Assembly: GCA_964276515.1 (NCBI GenBank)
Contig: OZ193910.1
Coordinates: 992,001-1,056,000, forward strand
Length of the DNA: 64,000 nt
Direction of reading: 5' to 3'
From: Gordius albopunctatus
Lineage: Eukaryota
Shown here: positions 57,915-64,000 of the stretch, in pieces
Layout: every line of letters starts with the position of its first letter
Position numbering within the stretch: position 1 is the first letter of the stretch
Program-made: the position numbers and the translations under genes
The notes under the pieces: generated by a model
Told to the model about the DNA's origin: nothing
Database searches by the model: none
What the model saw: only the letters and a program-made list of their open reading frames with translations

Positions 57915-58391
57915 AATTTCTTGCCTTACCACAAATAATATTAAATATTAAGAAGACATTTATTTTATTTTTCCCAAACCTCTTTTTAGTCCTTAATTCT
58001 CTCGCATATTCATAATTAACAAGGCGTTTCTATGATTTCCATAGTACCAGTTTTTAGGCATTTGAAGATAATATTATAATCTATACATGTAAGCATGTTT
58101 ATTATAAAATGTGTATTCTTCGCGTTTGATCTTTAGCGTTTTTGTTATATAGCATACATATAATTTTGTGAAGAAATGGTGGTTAAATCAAAATACATAC
58201 GTGACATATAACTATCGGGATGTGAAAAATTAATACGTAAAAAATACACTGTTATTAGTATTGAAATATCAATAGTGAATGAATAAATAATAAATACAAG
58301 CTATTTTAACAGTTTGCCAAATTAACTTTACATAACATAGTTGTTAAAATAAAAATTATTTCCCATTTGGTTTGTGGGCTTCAGCAATTTC

Positions 58392-61300
58392 TCATTTAGA
58401 AACTCCCCATATGATTAAGGCTAAAACGGTAACTATGGCCGCTAAAATACCAAATATGATGCACATCTTTTTTCTGGCTGCTACCTATATTATGTGTAAA
58501 TCAATAAAATATGCAATAAAATTCAATTTATATTTTCAGTTTCTAACTATTGGAATGATGCAGATTCAAATACTTTATCTTTTATTAGACATTTTTATGT
58601 TTAATGTAAAACTTGTACAACCCAAAACACAAATTTGATAGAATTGTTCTTTTTTTAACAATGAAAAGCAATAATAAATCATTACATCCTAAATTTTTAA
58701 CTATTTGAATATGATAATCATTATACTTATACTTAATTTTTTATTAATAAAATCTTTATAAAACTTTGAGTTTCGTAAAATTGTTATATCAATAAGTCTT
58801 TCTTAAGTTATTATGTAAACAGTTACTTGATATCTCCTGGCATTCTTGAGTTGGGTATTACCTTGCTCAACTTGGATATTGGCACTTTCCACGTTTGCTT
58901 CTATGCTATCTACACCACCATGATAAAACAAAAAATGGCATTATGAATTTAATGTTGCTCAAAATTAACTCTTGATATATGCAAGAAAGCCTAAAATTGA
59001 ATATGAACTTTAAAACAAAACTAGTTTCAATTCTGAAAATAAAGAATTTATAATTGATAATAATTAAAATTTGAAACTAACCCAACATATCTCCTTGTTC
59101 GTGAACTAGCATGCCCAAATCCTTAAAGATTTGGTTGACATCTGTTATATCAGCCTGAGATATAAATGGAATATAGGTATAATAACAGAGAAATTTATTT
59201 AAATTAAAATCCATATTGTGCCTTGTGCATATCTCAACCACCCTATACTAATGTTGTTAAAAGGCTTGATTTCTATTTAGGCAACCTTTGCTTTAACAAA
59301 GACTAATAGTTAACTCTGGAAATTTTGACTAAGCCTAGAGGTTGATAAAACCTTTTATCTATTTATGTTTAGCCAACTAAACAAACCCATTTCTTTATAC
59401 AACACCATTATATAATAAATTTAATTAATCTTTAGACCATTATGACACTACTCTGTTTATAGTGTTGATTTTGACAATTTTTAAATGACCTTATTTTTAT
59501 TTTTTTTGTCAAAGTATGGCAATTACTAATTTTTATTTATCGCAAATTTTAAATATTTTTTCATCGTGTGATTTTCATAATTATGCAAATAATTGAAAAC
59601 TTAAATTTCTAGGAGTTAATAAAAACAGGACTTTGCATCAATCCTTTGCCTACAATTATATTTAATGAATAAAGTATAATTGGTGATAACATTTGTGTAG
59701 TTATGAATTAAAGAGGCAGTTTTAAATATGTAAAAAATTCTAATTAAAACATTAAATAGGTTTAATGATTATAATCTGAAAACAATGTGGAGGTTGCTAT
59801 ATTCAATGGAAATAAGTGTGAACCTATTTGCCCCACATCAATTTACTAAAGACAAAGTGGGAATTATAGCTATTGTAGTTCTTAAAAAATTTGACTTTTT
59901 GAACTCAGCATATCAAATGATCAATAAAAACTTTTAATTTTAAACATAAACAAATAAATAGTGTGAAAAAACCTGGGTAAATGCAATTAGTCAATTAATT
60001 GATTTTTTTCATTTGAAACATTATACATAGTAATACAATTTATCTTCAAGGATTCATTATTAAAATCATTTTTAAATATAATTACAAAAATTGTTGTTGG
60101 AATAAAATACACAATTTAATATAAACAAAACTGCAATAAAAAATAATATAAAAATCATGTTTTAATAGCGTAAATTTAAATAATAAGGCTGAGATAGATG
60201 TTAAACAATTGATTGCAGGTTAAGTTTAACATATAAAAATTCATTTAACAGAATTTAATGAATATGACATGCAAATTAACGTCTATTAATAGTATTTTAA
60301 AATAAAATATTTTATTTTTAAAATAGAATCTCATAAATATAAATCCAGTTTGGAAAATTAGAGAATACATAAACTAGGATATAGCAATTTTAATATACTT
60401 AAATTACAAAGCACAATTAGTGAAACATAGCATAAAAAAGATAATTTTCTACAATTTAAATTACTTCTAGTCTTCTCACAGAGGCTTCCCTCTCTCGTAA
60501 TTCCTCTAGATTTAAATCTTCCTCCATTTGTAGGTGCATTTGACGACTGAAAAATTAAAATAATATACATCGTATTTTGAAAGTGGAAATAAATAAAATT
60601 CAATTTATGTTCTACAAAACATACTTTTGGAATGATGGTTGTTCTTCTCTATGCTCTGCGAAAGCCTAAAAATAAATGTATGGCCTAATATTACAAAGAA
60701 TTTTACTAAGCCAGAATTAGCCTTTGCTCTTTCAACACTAGCCTTTTCTTTGGCTGCTGCCTTCCTTTGAACCCCCTGAAAACTATTCAAAGCTGCAGTA
60801 AACTCATCTGTAATTCTCTCTTTCTGAATTTTCCTTTGTCTCTGCATAAATCACACAAATTTAAAAAAATTATAATAATTATTCAGACCACTAATAGGCT
60901 AATGATTTTATAAAACACAAATTTTCAGTTAAATAAGAGTAAAAATAAATATATAACATAATTCATGCTAGGATTTCAAGTCACTTTTTGTAATTTAAAA
61001 CAATCCATACAATTAAACAATAATATTAGTAGAGAATTTAAAAGAGAGAATAGTTGTAATGGTATATGTAATAAGTGTAAAGTATATTTTCAAATGACTA
61101 AATAAAGCTGTAATGTACCTGTTCAAAGTCATCTTCAGGTGGTGGGATATGAGATAAATCTAATATTAACTGATTTGTTTCTTTTGATAATAAGTTAGTA
61201 GATTGAATAAAGCTATGCCTAAACATCATTGTTTATATAAGAAAACACATAAAAAATTATAAGGTTTTAAATTATGCAAAACTATGAGACATTAAAGTTT

Positions 61301-61525
61301 TACAAGGTTCTTCTAAGGCTCTCAGAATCTTGAGTTGTACCAATTTGATTAACTAATCTCTGAATTTGGGCAGCTAATTAAGCATATATGCAAAATTATA
61401 ACCCAAAATTGATACCGTTTTGGGATATTTTCTGAACATTATTGCTTGTTTTTTGGGCCCTCTGAGCAAACTCACCAGAAGAAATCACTTCATTTATAAA
61501 ATTATAACATATGCTATCTCTTACT
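58392..61525 (-). CDS. Syntaxin-7/12 family Qa-SNARE (249 aa)
   Basis: Exons 61525 (A of ATG), 61487-61416, 61373-61304, 61218-61119, 60841-60707, 60665-60625, 60546-60465, 59154-59082, 58909-58827, 58484-58392 (750 nt). Habc motifs [16 protein letters not shown] and [28 protein letters not shown] motif [42 protein letters not shown]-terminal TM anchor. STX7 versus STX12 cannot be separated by eye. Confidence 0.95.
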
Positions 61526-61877
61526 TTTAGTTTATCACCTGAAATTTTTCACGCTATCATTTGTTGGGTTACATTACAAAAAATACCGTATTTAACGTTA
61601 AACTAACTAATTAATCTAAAGCAAGTAACAAATTTCGATGAATCAATTGAAATACACAATTATGTTTCCAATATTATAAATATAATTTTTTTAAATAACT
61701 TTTTGACTTATAATCATAAAAGAAATTCAAATAATTTTCATATAATATAATGATAAGCATTTGAGTTTATTTGATTTAAGCAGTACACGAATTCAATGGA
61801 ATACATGAGAGGATTTATTAATCGACCTTTATAATTATTCCGCAAATTTAATTCTAATATTATTTATGTAAGGAATA

Positions 61878-62018
61878 ATGAGGAAAAATTTTGGCGTACG
61901 CGCAGATGGTGCGCATCGATCTTATAAAGGTATATGCTCTTTTAAAATATATCATAAACATATCGAAAAGTAATTAATACAATTAATGCTGTTTAAGAGG
62001 AAAGAGATGAAGAAGCGC
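61878..62018 (+). CDS. Possible first two exons of a divergently transcribed unknown gene
   Basis: ATG 61878-61929 (MRKNFGVRADGAHRSYK) with donor GTATAT, then acceptor TTTAAG and 61998-62018 (EERDEEA) with donor GTGAGT; phases agree. No downstream exon identified. Confidence 0.3.
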
Positions 62019-62605
62019 GTGAGTATATTAAAACCATTCGGTAAAGATGAGTGGGGTAATAAATCATTTGGTAAAGATGGGTGGAGTAATCGTACCTGGG
62101 ATACCACGATAACAAAAGTGTATTTCAAGTGTGTGTTACTCTTATCCCAAAATCTATTTCTATAAATTGTTTGGCTAAGACATGAAGAAAAGCTACCGTC
62201 AATTGTTATTTAAAAATAAATAAATTTTTGGTATTTTTTGATAGCAAGGCTTGAAACATATCTTACTATAGAAGGGATTCCCATTACTTTTAAATTAGTT
62301 GAACCATATTTAATTCCACACTAGTTTTGTTGCATTTCCCTCTACCTAAGTTATCAATTAAAACGCACCGATCTTATACATTGACATTCACTGAATATTC
62401 AATATTATATCAATATTAGCGCTTAACTTTACACATTTTATTTTTGCCTTAATAGTCTTACTTTTAACTTAACAAGTATTAGAATAATTTAAAAACTTTT
62501 CTGTTAACTATTATCCAAAATATGTTCAAAAATCTAAAAAATATATCTAATTATTTTTATAAAACATTTATTGTAATATTTAAAAAGATTTTTACCCTCA
62601 TAATT

Positions 62606-62689
62606 AATGTTCTTCATAGATATATTTTCGACTACAATAATTTTTTAACACCCTCGACAATTCCCGAAAATATATCTATGAAGAACATT
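62606..62689. repeat. Perfect 25-bp inverted repeat with 34-nt spacer
   Basis: AATGTTCTTCATAGATATATTTTCG (62606-62630) and CGAAAATATATCTATGAAGAACATT (62665-62689). Confidence 0.92.
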
Positions 62690-63849
62690 TATTGTAATGT
62701 TTAAACAAGACTATATAACCCATAATTTAATTTTTTATTCATCATCGAACCAAAATCTAGGGACACAAACTTAAAGTAATTTTAGTTTTTTAAGATAGCT
62801 TGGTTTTAACACTTCCTCCATTGGACATTTCTTCTAGATCCCCCTTTACCTCCTATATCTAATTAAGTGTAAGTTAAACAAGGCTAACTCGGCTCGTATA
62901 ATGTTTAAAATATTTTTTGAATCTAATATTTATGTGAATCTCTTATGAATTTTAAAATACAAAGTGTATACAAATGACCAAGACTAAATTCCAAATTACC
63001 ATATTCGATTTAGACGATGATTTTAAAGAGAGACAAGTATATTTCGAAGGTTGATTGTTAACATAAGTTTTCCCCCTTATATTGGTTTGTTTTATATGGG
63101 TAAAGCTTATTTTATTGTTGGGCTTCAATCCTTATTTATTAACTGCAACAAATTTAATGGAGTCCATCTGATATAATTAAACGTCTTTTGAGGTAAAAAT
63201 GCATCTAGTGTGAACCCTAATTCCTTCACTCAATTGCTGCCGGGTTTTATACTTTAATCTTTTAGCATCTTCTCACAATAATAATGACTTTGGCTATATA
63301 GATCCCAGATAAGTTTTTTAGAAGGTTTTATCCATTTAAAATAAAAAGGATATTTATGGACATAAATATATACCTAGAAGAAATAATTTTAAAATGCTCT
63401 TAATTATAATTGATATGCTGTCTAACCGGATAACTATTTTTTTAATGTGTATATATTGTTTATTTGACGTAAGAACATTATAAAAATGAAGTGTTAAAAT
63501 TGGAAAAATATAAGAGCGGGTATAAAACAAAATAAAAAATTATAAATCAAAGTGGCCGTCGGCCGGACCAAAAGTCCCAGAGCACGAAGCAATGGTAGGT
63601 TAAAAGATATTAGAGGGTAGGAGAGCCTGGTATTTTACCGTTTTTTGGTCTTTAGCGAGGGTCAGAGGGTTGTAGTTCTGGTTAGAAGGGGCGAAAATCT
63701 CTATTTTTATCTTCAGTTTCTCTACTGATTTTAACAAATGCTTATCCAATTCGCTGTGGCATATCCTTCTATTATAACTTCTAACTTAGCTTTCTTGCCA
63801 TAATCCTTTGGCCTGATAGCGCACCTTATGATGCATGCAGTTTTTTAGA

Positions 63850-64000
63850 TTAGGGAACTTTAATGATTATATAGGCCAGATATAACATATTATGATGTAA
63901 AGTTTAATTATTATTATTTTGATGGTGGTATTGGCATATACTAAAAAGAGAGACGAATGATGTAAATCCCAAAAGTACTGGACATGGAGGTACCGGTAAG
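63850..64000 (+). mobile_element. RTE-like LINE 3' fragment (third copy, runs off window)
   Basis: GGCATATACTAAAAAGAGAGACGAATGATGTAAAT...TACTGGACATGGAGGTACCGG matches 28270-28335 and the reverse complement of ~4780-4845. Confidence 0.7.

Noticed and set aside
62720..63350. Possible coding exons upstream of syntaxin
   Set aside because: Stop-ridden in all frames and at best a highly decayed LINE fragment; the syntaxin ATG is already explained by the A|TG junction.

Overview
AT-rich, intron-containing invertebrate (protostome-like) genomic DNA; most ORFs in the supplied track are exon fragments or spurious. By manual splicing I reconstruct six host genes. On the + strand: the 3' part of tubulin chaperone TBCE (40-3790), clathrin light chain (12774-15905), mitochondrial Tim9 (17078-17404) and COX5B (56693-57914). 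On the - strand: a 26-exon BK/slowpoke channel gene (43234-24659) and syntaxin-7/12 (61525-58392). Tim9 and COX5B are invisible in the ORF track. There is also an unrecognised spliced, signal-peptide-bearing pseudogene-like locus (23697-~21360, -). The rest is dense in transposon debris: a 5'-truncated CRE-like RLE retrotransposon, RTE-like LINE fragments, several hAT derivatives/MITEs with 8-bp TSDs, a MULE-like MITE and non-autonomous Helitrons. The most notable observations are: a BK channel with a ~265-aa S0-S1 linker and Glu-to-Gln changes at two functionally characterised sites; 34-46-nt introns in the housekeeping genes; a start codon assembled across an intron; an intron made almost entirely of (TTTA)n; and a head-to-tail Helitron carrying a retrotransposon fragment. 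All family assignments come from recognising motifs by eye, not from database searches.
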